Virus record (IMG/VR): IMGVR_UViG_3300045988_055400
Location: 1 to 29,410 of that record
Reading direction: 5' to 3' (one strand)
DNA length: 29,410 nucleotides
From: a virus
Shown: in pieces, positions 12,233 to 21,595 of the stretch
Numbering within the stretch: position 1 is the stretch's first letter
Layout of the letters: each line of letters begins with the position of its first letter
Program-made: the position numbers and the translations under genes
Notes under the pieces: generated by a model
Database searches by the model: none
Told to the model about the DNA's origin: nothing
What the model saw: only the letters and a program-made list of their open reading frames with translations

Positions 12233-12262
12233 TTGTAGGAAACACTCAAACCGTTATATAAT
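12233..12262 (+). promoter_or_regulatory. Promoter TTGTAG-18-TATAAT, 7 nt before ATG 12270 (leaderless arrangement)
   Basis: Read directly. Confidence 0.55.
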
Positions 12263-12269
12263 AAGACCT

Positions 12270-12449
12270 ATGAACGCTAAAGATTACACAGCAACAGTCC
12301 CCGAATACGCCAAGCGCTGGAAGCTCAACATTCAGACCGTCCGCCGCTTCATCCGCGAAGGACGACTCCACGCAGTCAAGGTCGGCCGATGCTACTTCCT
12401 CGACCCGGACGTCATTCCCGACAAGGACAGACGCTCGGCCAACGAGTAG
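12270..12449 (+). CDS. Excisionase/MerR-type HTH (HTH_17-like) DNA-binding protein, 59 aa
   Basis: YAKRWKLNIQTVRRFIREGRLHAVKVGRCYFLDPD. There is no RBS, and TATAAT lies 7 nt upstream. Confidence 0.7.
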   Translation: MNAKDYTATVPEYAKRWKLNIQTVRRFIREGRLHAVKVGRCYFLDPDVIPDKDRRSANE

Positions 12450-12471
12450 CCATCCGACCAACCAACCATTC

Positions 12472-12498
12472 AAGGGGTGAACGTACCGTTCGCCCCTT
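12472..12498 (+). terminator. 12-bp hairpin without a U-tract (I-shaped terminator or processing site)
   Basis: AAGGGGTGAACG / CGTTCGCCCCTT with one G-U pair that forms only in plus-sense RNA. Confidence 0.4.
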
Positions 12499-12528
12499 AA
12501 CCATCACCAAGCAAGGAAAGGCAACAAA

Positions 12529-12912
12529 ATAAACACCGAAATCCAACCATTCGAATTCGAAAACAATCAGGTCAGAGCATTCACCGACGGCGACGAAGTA
12601 ATGTTCGTCGCAACCGACATCGCGAAGATCCCCTCGAACGCCGGCATGCCAATCGGAGAAAAGGAACTACGCGAATGGCTTAAACAACACGATTGGATAT
12701 CCCGACACGCCGGAACATGGAGTGCGGCTTCGGAACGGGTGAAAACCGGACGCTTGGCCATGGTGGAGTCAAGATCACACGGACGACATAAGGACGGCAG
12801 CACCTTCGCGTTCGCCCCGACTGTCAAAATCACCTGCAGAGGCCTGGCACTACTTCACACGCGACTCAGCGAAACCCGCATGAACGAAAATCTCGAAACA
12901 ACCACTCACTGA
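12529..12912 (+). CDS. Antirepressor-like protein (Bro-N plus KilA-C-like); 5' boundary unresolved, canonical ATG only at 12601
   Basis: The in-frame sequence upstream of ATG 12601 reads NTEIQPFEFENNQVRAFTDGDEV-MFVATDIAKI, which is a Bro-N core. The frame is open from 12481 with no ATG/GTG/TTG. RBS AAGGAAAGG at 12513-12521 is 7 nt before ATA 12529. The C-terminal ERVKTGRLAMVE...VKITCRGLALL is KilA-C-like. Confidence 0.6.
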   Translation: MNTEIQPFEFENNQVRAFTDGDEVMFVATDIAKIPSNAGMPIGEKELREWLKQHDWISRHAGTWSAASERVKTGRLAMVESRSHGRHKDGSTFAFAPTVKITCRGLALLHTRLSETRMNENLETTTH

Positions 12913-12934
12913 CAAAAAGAAAGGCTCAACACCT

Positions 12935-13378
12935 ATGCACGATCCACACATCATCCTCCCCTCTGCCCGCCTCGTCGCCGACCCAGAACAGAAACAGTCC
13001 AAAAACGGCACCCCATACCTGCTCATCCGCGTAGCCGCCAACGGCTCTCACAAGGACAAGCAGACCGGACAATGGATCAACCACGACACCATGTTCGCTA
13101 CCATCTTCGAATACGACCAGCGTCTCGCGGCCACCTACATGCAATCACTGCACAAAGGTACCCCGGTACGCGTCGAGGGAGACCTGAAATGGTCTATAGG
13201 TACCGACCGTAACGGGCAACCACACACCAACTTCACCATCAACTACGCGACCATCACCATGGTCCTCCAGAAAGTCAAGCAGCAGCAGCAGCAGGAGCAG
13301 TCCCGACCACAGGCCACCAGTTACGCTCCACCTGCACAGCAGGACCCCTACAACGACCCATACGCCGAAGAATGGTAA
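12935..13378 (+). CDS. ssb: Single-stranded DNA-binding protein
   Basis: OB-fold pattern (RLVADPE...NGTPYLLIRVAAN...VRVEGDLK), a Gln/Pro-rich linker and an acidic aromatic tail PYAEEW. Confidence 0.8.
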   Translation: MHDPHIILPSARLVADPEQKQSKNGTPYLLIRVAANGSHKDKQTGQWINHDTMFATIFEYDQRLAATYMQSLHKGTPVRVEGDLKWSIGTDRNGQPHTNFTINYATITMVLQKVKQQQQQEQSRPQATSYAPPAQQDPYNDPYAEEW

Positions 13379-13384
13379 AAAGAA

Positions 13385-13534
13385 ATGAAAACACCCACGA
13401 ACAATAACGACAATCCGATCGGATATTGGCTAGGCCGCATCCTCGCCTACCTCACCATCATCCTGACCACACTGCTCGTAACCGGAGGAGGTATTGCACT
13501 CTTGAAACTCCTCATCGACTTCATTCTCAACTAA
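13385..13534 (+). CDS. Small membrane protein, 49 aa
   Basis: Hand translation: MKTPTNNNDNPIGYWLGRILAYLTIILTTLLVTGGGIALLKLLIDFILN. Confidence 0.5.
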   Translation: MKTPTNNNDNPIGYWLGRILAYLTIILTTLLVTGGGIALLKLLIDFILN

Positions 13535-13538
13535 ACCC

Positions 13539-13572
13539 AAGCCTCTCCAACAACACGGAGAGGCTTTCTTCT
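13539..13572 (+). terminator. Intrinsic terminator
   Basis: AAGCCTCTCC / GGAGAGGCTT form a 10-bp perfect stem, followed by TCTTCT. Confidence 0.6.
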
Positions 13573-13579
13573 AAACAGA

Positions 13580-13585
13580 TATAAT
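13580..13585 (+). promoter_or_regulatory. TATAAT box 7 nt upstream of the terS ATG (leaderless arrangement)
   Basis: Read directly. There is no convincing -35. Confidence 0.4.
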
Positions 13586-13592
13586 CAGTCAT

Positions 13593-13982
13593 ATGACAGA
13601 CGTGACAAGAGATCATCGAGGCCGCATCACCGGTGGCGTCCTCAACCCCACCGGCAAAGGTGGATTCCAGGAACGACCAGAAGACCGAGGCTCATGGACC
13701 AAAGACACCAGCCCCACCCGATGGATGCGCGAATTCAGCAAACTCACCATAACGGAAATCAACGAAAAAGCAAAAGACCCGACCTTGACGATGGTGCAGC
13801 GAATCGCCATCAAACACGTCCTTAACGCATATAAGGACCCGCGCGTGACATCCGACTACATCGACAGGCTGGACGGCAAAGCACGCCAATCCACTGACGT
13901 GACCGTCACCGGCTACGAGCCGCCGCACATCACCCTCGAAATCTTTGACGACAACCCGAAAAACGATAAGGACGACCAGTAG
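13593..13982 (+). CDS. terS: Terminase small subunit
   Basis: NPTGKGGFQERPEDRGSW motif, typical of one small-terminase family. Position immediately before terL. Confidence 0.65.
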   Translation: MTDVTRDHRGRITGGVLNPTGKGGFQERPEDRGSWTKDTSPTRWMREFSKLTITEINEKAKDPTLTMVQRIAIKHVLNAYKDPRVTSDYIDRLDGKARQSTDVTVTGYEPPHITLEIFDDNPKNDKDDQ

Positions 13983-13999
13983 ACACGTAAACTGGGAGT

Positions 14000-15259
14000 A
14001 TGCAGATAGCAAAACCTTACCGAGACCTATGGTGGTGGCTCCACACGGAGACACCACCATATCGTTATTACTGTTATTCCGGCGGCAGGGCCTCAGGTAA
14101 GAGCACCGCCGTCGCTCAAAGCCTCATTCTCCGCGCCTCCGTACAGCCAATCACCGTCCTCTGCGCACGCGAATTCCAGAATTCCATCACCGACTCCGTA
14201 TACAAGCTCCTCACCGGCACCATCGAAAAATTCGGCCTGCAAGGCTTCGAAATCCGACGCGACGGCATCGGCCACGTCAACGGCAGCAGCTTCATCTTTC
14301 GCGGCCTGCACGACAATATTCAATCCATAAAAAGCATCGAAGGCATCGACGTCTGCTGGATAGAGGAAGCCCAAACCATCAGCCAGGCAAGCCTGACGAC
14401 GCTTATTCCGACCATCCGCAAGACCAACTCGACACTGATATTCACTTGGAATCCGCTTACCAGCCACGACCCGGTCTGGACATACTTCATCACCACAGAC
14501 TCCAAAGAACGCCTGCGCCAGACATGCCACTGGCACACTACATACGAGGATGTACGCCGCCTCATCAGCCAAGACGTCCTCGATATGATCGAAGCCGACA
14601 AACAAACAGCCGACTACGGACACGTCTGGCTTGGCCTGCCATACGCGGACACCGACAACCAGCTCATCAGCGACGCCATGCTCAACGAAGCCCTCCACCG
14701 TACACCATCGGACGGCCCCGTCACCTTCGGAGTCGACGTCGCACGATATGGCAACGACCGCACAGCCCTCACCATCAAACAAGGCAATCGGATCGAAACC
14801 CTCGAATCATGGACCCACACAAGCATCGTCGAAACCGCCGAAAGGATCAAACTCCACGCTTCACGACACCAGCCGATCGACATTCGAATCGACGACACCG
14901 GCGTAGGTGGAGGGCTTACCGACTTGCTCAAATCATGGGGACTGCCAGCCACCGGCATCAACTACGCCGGCAAACCAAAGGATCCGCAATACCCCAACAT
15001 CGCATCCGAACTCTGGTTTGACTTCGCAAACATGCTCCCCCAGCTCGGCATCAACCCGCGAATCCCCGATCTAGCCAAGCTCACCACCGAACTGATCACA
15101 CGCAAATGGCACATAAACAGCCGCAACCAACGCCAAATCGAAAGCAAACAAGACTACAAAGACGCTATGAACCTTGGAAGCCCGGATTTGGCCGACAGCC
15201 TACTCCTTGCATGCTACGAGCCACCGAAACTCCCCTCATGGGACGTCATAGTCTGCTGA
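14000..15259 (+). CDS. terL: Terminase large subunit
   Basis: Walker A YSGGRASGKS, Walker B-like DVCWIEEA and a C-terminal nuclease region (FGVDVARYGNDRTAL). RBS GGGAG. Confidence 0.9.
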   Translation: MQIAKPYRDLWWWLHTETPPYRYYCYSGGRASGKSTAVAQSLILRASVQPITVLCAREFQNSITDSVYKLLTGTIEKFGLQGFEIRRDGIGHVNGSSFIFRGLHDNIQSIKSIEGIDVCWIEEAQTISQASLTTLIPTIRKTNSTLIFTWNPLTSHDPVWTYFITTDSKERLRQTCHWHTTYEDVRRLISQDVLDMIEADKQTADYGHVWLGLPYADTDNQLISDAMLNEALHRTPSDGPVTFGVDVARYGNDRTALTIKQGNRIETLESWTHTSIVETAERIKLHASRHQPIDIRIDDTGVGGGLTDLLKSWGLPATGINYAGKPKDPQYPNIASELWFDFANMLPQLGINPRIPDLAKLTTELITRKWHINSRNQRQIESKQDYKDAMNLGSPDLADSLLLACYEPPKLPSWDVIVC

Positions 15260-15313
15260 CCTAACAGGTAATATACTGAAGACACACAATCCTACTAGTA
15301 AATCGAGGACAAA

Positions 15314-17407
15314 ATGACCTTGCTCAACAATATCCGCGCTGGCTTCGAGAGCGCATTCGGTCGAACCAACGCCCCCCACAACACCCCCACACCGGCAAGC
15401 GGCAACACATGGCAGCCGCTCGGAGGCAACACCATTCCGATGCACGACACCTACGACAACATCTTCCCCTACGTCAACGCCATCGCACAACGCTTCAGCA
15501 CCATCATCCCCTACGCAGTCACCACCGACGGCCGCAAACTCGAACCGATACCAGCCGCACTGACCGCACTCTACGCACCAAACGACACCTACAGCTGCCT
15601 CGAATTCCTGAAACTCATCGCTTCAGGCATCCTCACCCAATCACACGTCGACATCCTCGTCTGGACAAACGAAGGCCCCGGCGGCAACATCACCCCGAAC
15701 AACATCACCGGCTACACCATCCTCCCAACCAACAGCCGCGTATACAACGACAACCGCTCCAACTGGTACCACCGCGTAACCATGGACCTCGGCAACGGAC
15801 TACGCCAATACGAATTCACCCGCAACGAAACCATCTCACTAAGCTACAGCCGCCACCCAAACGACCCGACACGCGGCATCAGCCCCGCCATGACAATCAA
15901 AAAATGGGCCAACGTCGACGACATGATAGCCGACTACGAACGCGGCTTCTTCGGCAACAACGCCGTCCCGGCCGGCATGCTCGGCATCGTCTCCGAAAAC
16001 ACCGAAGACTTCCAACGAAACCGAGCACGCCTTGAAAACACCTTCCGCGGAGCTGGCAACAACAACGGCATCGTCTATAACCTGATCCCGGTCGATCCCA
16101 CCACACACAAGCCAAGCACAGCCAGCAAACTCATCTGGACGCCATTCCAGAACTCAAATGACACACTCGACCTGCAAACCGTCTCCAACGTCGTCAACAA
16201 CCGACTCGCCAACGCGCTCGCAGTCCCCGACATCATCCGAGGCATCGACAACGGCCAAACCTACGCCAACGCCGAAATGGCCGAACGCGCCTTCATCGAA
16301 AACACCCTCAAACCACTCTGCATGACAGTATGGGACAAATGGCAGTTCGAACTCGACCGAATCACGGGCGGACTCGGCTACGGCATCACATTCGACCTCA
16401 ACCTGCCAGCCCAAACCGAAGTCGAACGAATCCAAGCCGAAACACAGCAAATCCGCGTTAACACCCTCACCCAACTCATAAACCTCGGAGTGACCATCGA
16501 AAGCGCCGTGGAAGCACTCAACCTACCAGAATCATACCGACGCCTCGCACTGCACCGGACTGACGCCACCACGCCACCAAACCACTCCACACAAAAAAGG
16601 AACGCACGACCCATCGAACCGACTAAAAACACGACGACCGAAGACCACATCCTAACCGTCACACGCACATACATGAACCGAATCATCCGCCTCGCCAACC
16701 GCTCCCACAACAGCCTGACAGACGACCTCGAAACCATCGGCAAACAATGGGTCAACGACGTAAAAGACGACCTCCTCACCCACCTCGCCGACTATGCGCG
16801 CAAAACCGGCATGAAACTCGAACAAGTCATCACCGCATGGAGCGAACTCCACCCGGAACGGCCACTCGCCGTCGACATCCAGTCCTACACGACAACCGAC
16901 TGGCAAAAACTCTACGACTGGACCACACTGCCGGACAACGTCAAAACAGCATACGAACGCCACCTACAGGAAATAGCCAACACGACATCAAGAACAGTCA
17001 CAGACAAAACATTGGAACTCCTGAACCGGGCCGACAGGGAACAATGGGACGCACCCCGACTCCGTGAAACACTCGACCGACTCGGAAACGACCACGCCGA
17101 ACTAATCGCCAGATGCGAAACCGTCCAATCCCAAAGGCTCGGCAGCCTATACAGCGCCCGTAACCTAAGCGAAACATTAGGAGTCAAACTGCAAAAGGTA
17201 TGGCGTACCACCGGTGACGGAAACACATGCGACTTCTGCCGTCACATGGAAGGAACGACGATACCGCTCGACTCCACCTACATGGCAAAAGACGCGAACA
17301 TCAACATCAACGGCCACGACTACGTGAACAGCTTCGAAAACATGGCCACGCCGAACGCGCATCCGAACTGCCGTTGCTACGAAGACTACGAAGTAGTTGA
17401 GGACTAA
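15314..17407 (+). CDS. Portal and MuF-like (SPP1 gp7-type) fusion protein
   Basis: The size, position after terL and N-terminal ~430 aa are portal-like. The C-terminus has WRTTGDGNTCDFCRHMEG...HPNCRCY, a MuF head-morphogenesis signature. Confidence 0.8.
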   Translation: MTLLNNIRAGFESAFGRTNAPHNTPTPASGNTWQPLGGNTIPMHDTYDNIFPYVNAIAQRFSTIIPYAVTTDGRKLEPIPAALTALYAPNDTYSCLEFLKLIASGILTQSHVDILVWTNEGPGGNITPNNITGYTILPTNSRVYNDNRSNWYHRVTMDLGNGLRQYEFTRNETISLSYSRHPNDPTRGISPAMTIKKWANVDDMIADYERGFFGNNAVPAGMLGIVSENTEDFQRNRARLENTFRGAGNNNGIVYNLIPVDPTTHKPSTASKLIWTPFQNSNDTLDLQTVSNVVNNRLANALAVPDIIRGIDNGQTYANAEMAERAFIENTLKPLCMTVWDKWQFELDRITGGLGYGITFDLNLPAQTEVERIQAETQQIRVNTLTQLINLGVTIESAVEALNLPESYRRLALHRTDATTPPNHSTQKRNARPIEPTKNTTTEDHILTVTRTYMNRIIRLANRSHNSLTDDLETIGKQWVNDVKDDLLTHLADYARKTGMKLEQVITAWSELHPERPLAVDIQSYTTTDWQKLYDWTTLPDNVKTAYERHLQEIANTTSRTVTDKTLELLNRADREQWDAPRLRETLDRLGNDHAELIARCETVQSQRLGSLYSARNLSETLGVKLQKVWRTTGDGNTCDFCRHMEGTTIPLDSTYMAKDANININGHDYVNSFENMATPNAHPNCRCYEDYEVVED

Positions 17408-17431
17408 CCGAACATGACGCTGTGATATCAT

Positions 17432-17474
17432 GGTGCTCGTCAAGACGCCGCCCACTGGAGCCCTGACGAGCACC
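17432..17474 (+). other. 11-bp perfect inverted repeat (GGTGCTCGTCA / TGACGAGCACC) between the portal and capsid genes
   Basis: Read directly. The loop is 21 nt and there is no U-tract. Confidence 0.5.
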
Positions 17475-17500
17475 ACCACGCCAATCCGAAAGGATACGAT

Positions 17501-19312
17501 TTGAAGATTCGCAAGAGTCTCACACATAGCGGTGCTGTTGAAACAAAAGGCCGCACCCTCACATTCCTCGCCAACAGTGGCAAGCCAATGTGCGACGGCC
17601 TCACCGTGGACTTATCCACGCTCAAAGCGCCGCTTATCGACGGCAGTTTGAAACTCGTGGACGAACTCACGGAATCCGACCGGCTAACGCTACCGCTCCT
17701 AATCGACCACGAGCCAAGCATCAATTCCCAAGCAGGCGTCATCACCCACCTATGGATGACCGATGCCGGGCTCATGGCCGAAGCAAAGCTCAGCGAAGTC
17801 GATAACGGCGAACGCGTCCGCCAACTCGCCGCAGACGGATGCCTGACAAACAGTTTCAGCATTACCGTCGAATTTTCCAAAAAGCCAAGCGCGGACGGCA
17901 TCATCCACGACAGCGAACTGGTGGAAATCAGCGTCGTCTATCGCGGGGCCGACCAACGAGCAGCCTTCACGGCAATCAACAAAAGAAATGGAGACAACAT
18001 GAATCCGGAACTCATGAAGAAGCTGGCACGGACCGTCGCAGAGTTTAAACTCTCCCCGGACGAGGCCACCAACCTGACCTCTTCAATCAACGACATCATG
18101 TCCGAAGCAGTCGACGACATCAACGAAGCCGTCAACGCCCAGACCGACGCCACGTCTAACGACACACAGCAGACCACCGCACCGGAGGAACCTGTCCAGT
18201 CCGCAAACAAGCGTCCGATCGTTATCGTCAACAAGAGCAACCGGACGGCAAGACAGTCCGGCATCGTCTCCTTTGGTAACGACCGTAAGACGTGGCTAGA
18301 CTCCCCGGACGCCATGGCAGCCTTCGAACGCGCCCTCCTCGACAACGACAACAAGGGCATTGAAGCATTTCGCAAGGAGTGGACCGACACTGTATCCCGC
18401 AACATGGCCGACACCGCCTCCTTCGGCGTAGGCAAGACCGACGTGGGCAAGTTCATCCCGACCGAAGCCATCACCACCATCAGCGACGCTCTGAACACGC
18501 GCGGCTCCGGCCTGTGGAACCTGTTCCGCAAGACCGGCATGGACAGGCTCACCATCGGAGGCAACATCCTCGGCCTCTCCGAAGAAACCCGCGCTCACGG
18601 CTACCCGGTCGCCTTCTACGGCACCAAGAAAAAGGAACAGACCCCGTCTTTCGTGAAGCGCGAACTGACCGCGGACTACACGTACAAGTACATCACCCTA
18701 AACAAGGGTGATATCCGTCGAACGCAGAAGCCGGGCGCACTGCTCCGTTATATCCTCTCCGAACTGCCGAACTACATCATCCAGACCATCGAACGTCAGG
18801 TCGTGCTCGGTGGCTACGATGACATGGCACACTTCCGCTCCATCACCACCGACGCGGCAGACAAGTCCTCCGACTGGGCCGGCAGCAAATTCGCCCTCAC
18901 CTACACCTTGACCGAGAACGCGCCGCTCATGGGGTTCGTGAAGGCTTCCCACATGGTCCGAGCACAAGGCAACAAGGTCCTGGTCTGCAATGCGGACACG
19001 GTAGCCGACCTGCTCATGAGCGCCAACGCGAACGGAAACACGTACATCGCCCTCGGAGGTGACGACACCCTCGCCCGCGCTCTCGGCGTCTCCCAGATCA
19101 TCACCCCGGAATGGTGGACTGAGGAAGACGACAAGAAGGTCGCAGGCGTGGTCATGTCCGCTTCCCACTACCCGCTCGTCGGAGACACTTCCGTCGAATC
19201 GTTCACCAACTTCGCTCTCCAGACCAACACCAACGAATATCTGCAGGAAATCTACGCAGGTGGCGGTCTGGACGCGGAGAAGTCCGCAGTCGTCATCAAG
19301 CCGAAGGCCTGA
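17501..19312 (+). CDS. Prohead protease (HK97/S78-like), linker and major capsid protein fusion
   Basis: The N-terminal [10 protein letters not shown]...NSFSITVEF...[17 protein letters not shown] is protease-like. The middle is an acidic helical linker and the C-terminal ~350 aa resemble an HK97-fold capsid. TTG start after GAAAGGA. Confidence 0.8.
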   Translation: MKIRKSLTHSGAVETKGRTLTFLANSGKPMCDGLTVDLSTLKAPLIDGSLKLVDELTESDRLTLPLLIDHEPSINSQAGVITHLWMTDAGLMAEAKLSEVDNGERVRQLAADGCLTNSFSITVEFSKKPSADGIIHDSELVEISVVYRGADQRAAFTAINKRNGDNMNPELMKKLARTVAEFKLSPDEATNLTSSINDIMSEAVDDINEAVNAQTDATSNDTQQTTAPEEPVQSANKRPIVIVNKSNRTARQSGIVSFGNDRKTWLDSPDAMAAFERALLDNDNKGIEAFRKEWTDTVSRNMADTASFGVGKTDVGKFIPTEAITTISDALNTRGSGLWNLFRKTGMDRLTIGGNILGLSEETRAHGYPVAFYGTKKKEQTPSFVKRELTADYTYKYITLNKGDIRRTQKPGALLRYILSELPNYIIQTIERQVVLGGYDDMAHFRSITTDAADKSSDWAGSKFALTYTLTENAPLMGFVKASHMVRAQGNKVLVCNADTVADLLMSANANGNTYIALGGDDTLARALGVSQIITPEWWTEEDDKKVAGVVMSASHYPLVGDTSVESFTNFALQTNTNEYLQEIYAGGGLDAEKSAVVIKPKA

Positions 19313-19314
19313 TC

Positions 19315-19686
19315 ATGATCGATGAAATGTACTCACGACTCGGCAATAAAGCATTGCCTGAAGACAGTCTGAACACGGTTAAGGTCATCAACTTTGTGGA
19401 CGAAGAAGGTCAGCCAGTGGCCTTCGGCCAGGGTCCGGCAGGTCCGGCTGGTCCTGTTGGCCCGGCAGGTCCGGCTGGTCCTGTTGGCCCGGCAGGTCCG
19501 GCTGGCCAAGTCGGTCCCGAAGGCCTCGCAGGCCCCGCAGGCCCCGCAGGCCCCGAAGGCCCCGCAGGCCCCGCAGGCCCCGCAGGCCCCGCAGGCCAGA
19601 TCACCAAGGCCTCCCACGTTGACCCGGACACCGGCTCGGTCGCAGACGTGGTGAACGCTCTGGTTAACGCTGGACTCATGGAATGA
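19315..19686 (+). CDS. Collagen-like (Gly-X-Y) repeat protein, 123 aa; head decoration/fibre candidate
   Basis: 19 uninterrupted G-X-Y triplets (GPAGPAGPV...). The start overlaps the capsid stop region. Confidence 0.8.
   Translation: MIDEMYSRLGNKALPEDSLNTVKVINFVDEEGQPVAFGQGPAGPAGPVGPAGPAGPVGPAGPAGQVGPEGLAGPAGPAGPEGPAGPAGPAGPAGQITKASHVDPDTGSVADVVNALVNAGLME
19432..19602 (+). repeat. Nucleotide-level tandem repeats encoding the Gly-X-Y tract (27-bp units, then 9-bp GCAGGCCCC units)
   Basis: Read directly. Confidence 0.85.
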
Positions 19687-19712
19687 GCCTTATAACCAGC
19701 CAGTAAACAATT

Positions 19713-19754
19713 AGGTCCTATCGTTACAATTAACGGTAGGACCTTTCTTTCCCC
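19713..19754 (+). terminator. Intrinsic terminator after the capsid/collagen module
   Basis: AGGTCCTATCG / CGGTAGGACCT stem with one G-U pair. The loop is TTACAATTAA and TTCTTTCCCC follows. Confidence 0.65.
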
Positions 19755-19766
19755 ATTGGAGGTTAA

Positions 19767-20429
19767 ATGATAATAGCCGACACCATACGCAAACAGGTAG
19801 GCGAAACCGTATACGACACGTGGAAAGCCGCAGCATTAGCCGACCTCGCCAGCATGCTCTGCATGGGTTCACTCGACGAAACAACGGACACCATGACCGG
19901 TATCGTCAGCGACGACGGCAAACACGTCATCCTACCATCATGGTATTCAGAAGTAACCGACGTGAGATCCACGTACGACACCAATCTCGAATACACCATC
20001 GAATCCACCAAGACGGACAGCCTGACACCGGAAACGAAATACATGAACACTCTCACTCTCACCACACCATACCTGCCAGGCATGGCCGTCGCCATCACCG
20101 GCACCCACGGCTTCAACCGACTCCCTGCACCTCTCACCGCCATCCTCGCGGCCATCATCCAATCCGACCAGTCAATGACCGACAGGACCGACAGCATCAC
20201 CTCCAAACGCATCGAAGACGTAAGCGTAACCTACGCAGAAGCCACCCAAACCACGCTCGAACACGCACTCACCCCATACAAGGCGCTGCTTAACACGTGG
20301 AAACTCTGCCACTCCAGCCCAGACACCGGAGGACTCCTCAGCATGCCAACCCCCCACCTCGACCTACCATGGTGGGAAAACGTCCAAGACCACACAGGAG
20401 ACAACTACTCGTATGGCACTGCAATGTGA
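19767..20429 (+). CDS. Head-tail connector/head completion candidate (hypothetical structural protein)
   Basis: Position and RBS GGAGG. No motif recognised. Confidence 0.55.
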   Translation: MIIADTIRKQVGETVYDTWKAAALADLASMLCMGSLDETTDTMTGIVSDDGKHVILPSWYSEVTDVRSTYDTNLEYTIESTKTDSLTPETKYMNTLTLTTPYLPGMAVAITGTHGFNRLPAPLTAILAAIIQSDQSMTDRTDSITSKRIEDVSVTYAEATQTTLEHALTPYKALLNTWKLCHSSPDTGGLLSMPTPHLDLPWWENVQDHTGDNYSYGTAM

Positions 20430-20784
20430 CCCGTTTACCCTATTCCCCGCACAAGCGCAAACAGCCTCGCTTTGGAAATACACGGCCCCCGGTCTCGACA
20501 ACATCAAACTCGCCGATGTTAAGACAATAATCAAACACTCCACCGAAACAGACCAGCCAGCCGAATACGGCACCCGGATCTCCACACGCCGTTTCCATAT
20601 CCAACCAGACAATCTTCCCGAAACACTCCGCGAAGACATGGAAGCATGGCCGGACCTCATACTCAAACTCCATAACGGACGCGCCTATCAAATCACCAAA
20701 GCCAGCAGAGGAGACGACATGGACACTGGCAGGACCCTTTTCATCACCCTCACCGGCAACCCATACGGACGGACCAGCCTATGA
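20413..20784 (+). CDS. Head-tail joining protein candidate
   Basis: Position, and overlaps with both neighbours. Confidence 0.55.
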   Translation: MALQCDPFTLFPAQAQTASLWKYTAPGLDNIKLADVKTIIKHSTETDQPAEYGTRISTRRFHIQPDNLPETLREDMEAWPDLILKLHNGRAYQITKASRGDDMDTGRTLFITLTGNPYGRTSL

Positions 20785-21101
20785 GCTACCAACTCAAAGT
20801 CACCGCCAAATGGGTGCGCAAACTCTCCGCCAAACAACTCAACAAAGGCGGCGTACGCATGATGACCGACATCCTCCGCATGGCCCGCCAAAACGCGCCA
20901 GTCAAAACCGGCGCGCTCCGTAACAGTGGCCGATTCCAACAAGTCGAAAACACCCACTGGCGAATCACCTTCGGTAATGGCAGAATCCCATACGCCCGCA
21001 TCCGTGAACACGAAAACCGGTTGCACCCAAACACGGTCCGCTATCTGGAACGAGCAGCCCGCACCGCAAGTTCCCGCACCAAAACCTACTTCAACATCTA
21101 A
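20781..21101 (+). CDS. HK97 gp10-like tail completion/neck protein
   Basis: ARQNAPVKTGALRNS...YARIREHEN resembles the gp10-family pattern. Confidence 0.6.
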   Translation: MSYQLKVTAKWVRKLSAKQLNKGGVRMMTDILRMARQNAPVKTGALRNSGRFQQVENTHWRITFGNGRIPYARIREHENRLHPNTVRYLERAARTASSRTKTYFNI

Positions 21102-21111
21102 GGAATAACGC

Positions 21112-21537
21112 ATGATAGACCTAGCAGTGTGCATGACCCTCCAAAACGAAGGCTACGGCATCTACGGACAAAACCTCTTCTTCGGTACCAGCCCCATCCT
21201 CGACACCGGCGCGGTCACCAGCATGGAAGGCATATGGGTCAACGCGAACACGGTCGACATCAACGGCGACCTCTACACCGACCAAATCACCATCAGCAGC
21301 CGCCACGAAGACGTCCTGGAACAAGGCCGGCTCATGCTCAAACTCCTCAACCTGATCAACACCACACTCCCCCACTACTGCCGACTCACATGTCAGCCAA
21401 TCACCGACATCAACTACGAAAGCATCCGCACTCACCCGGCCACCGCGATCGACCTCGACGCCATCGACCACGAAGGACACTGGGTAAAAAGCATCCGCTT
21501 CCAAATCGACTACAAACTCGATCCGACAACACTGTAA
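21112..21537 (+). CDS. Tail terminator-like protein
   Basis: Position just before the major tail protein. The N-terminal L.NEGYGIYGQNLFFG pattern is common in this slot. Confidence 0.55.
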   Translation: MIDLAVCMTLQNEGYGIYGQNLFFGTSPILDTGAVTSMEGIWVNANTVDINGDLYTDQITISSRHEDVLEQGRLMLKLLNLINTTLPHYCRLTCQPITDINYESIRTHPATAIDLDAIDHEGHWVKSIRFQIDYKLDPTTL

Positions 21538-21595
21538 AATAAAAACGGCATAATACACCGCAGTCAAACCGGACACGCCAACCGAAAGGAAAAAA

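Noticed and set aside
19333-19679. ORFs 19333..19617(-), 19410..19679(-) and 19394..19654(+) overlapping the collagen-like gene
   Set aside because: GC-rich triplet repeats are open in several frames. Only the Gly-X-Y frame has a coupled start, non-repetitive termini and a terminator.
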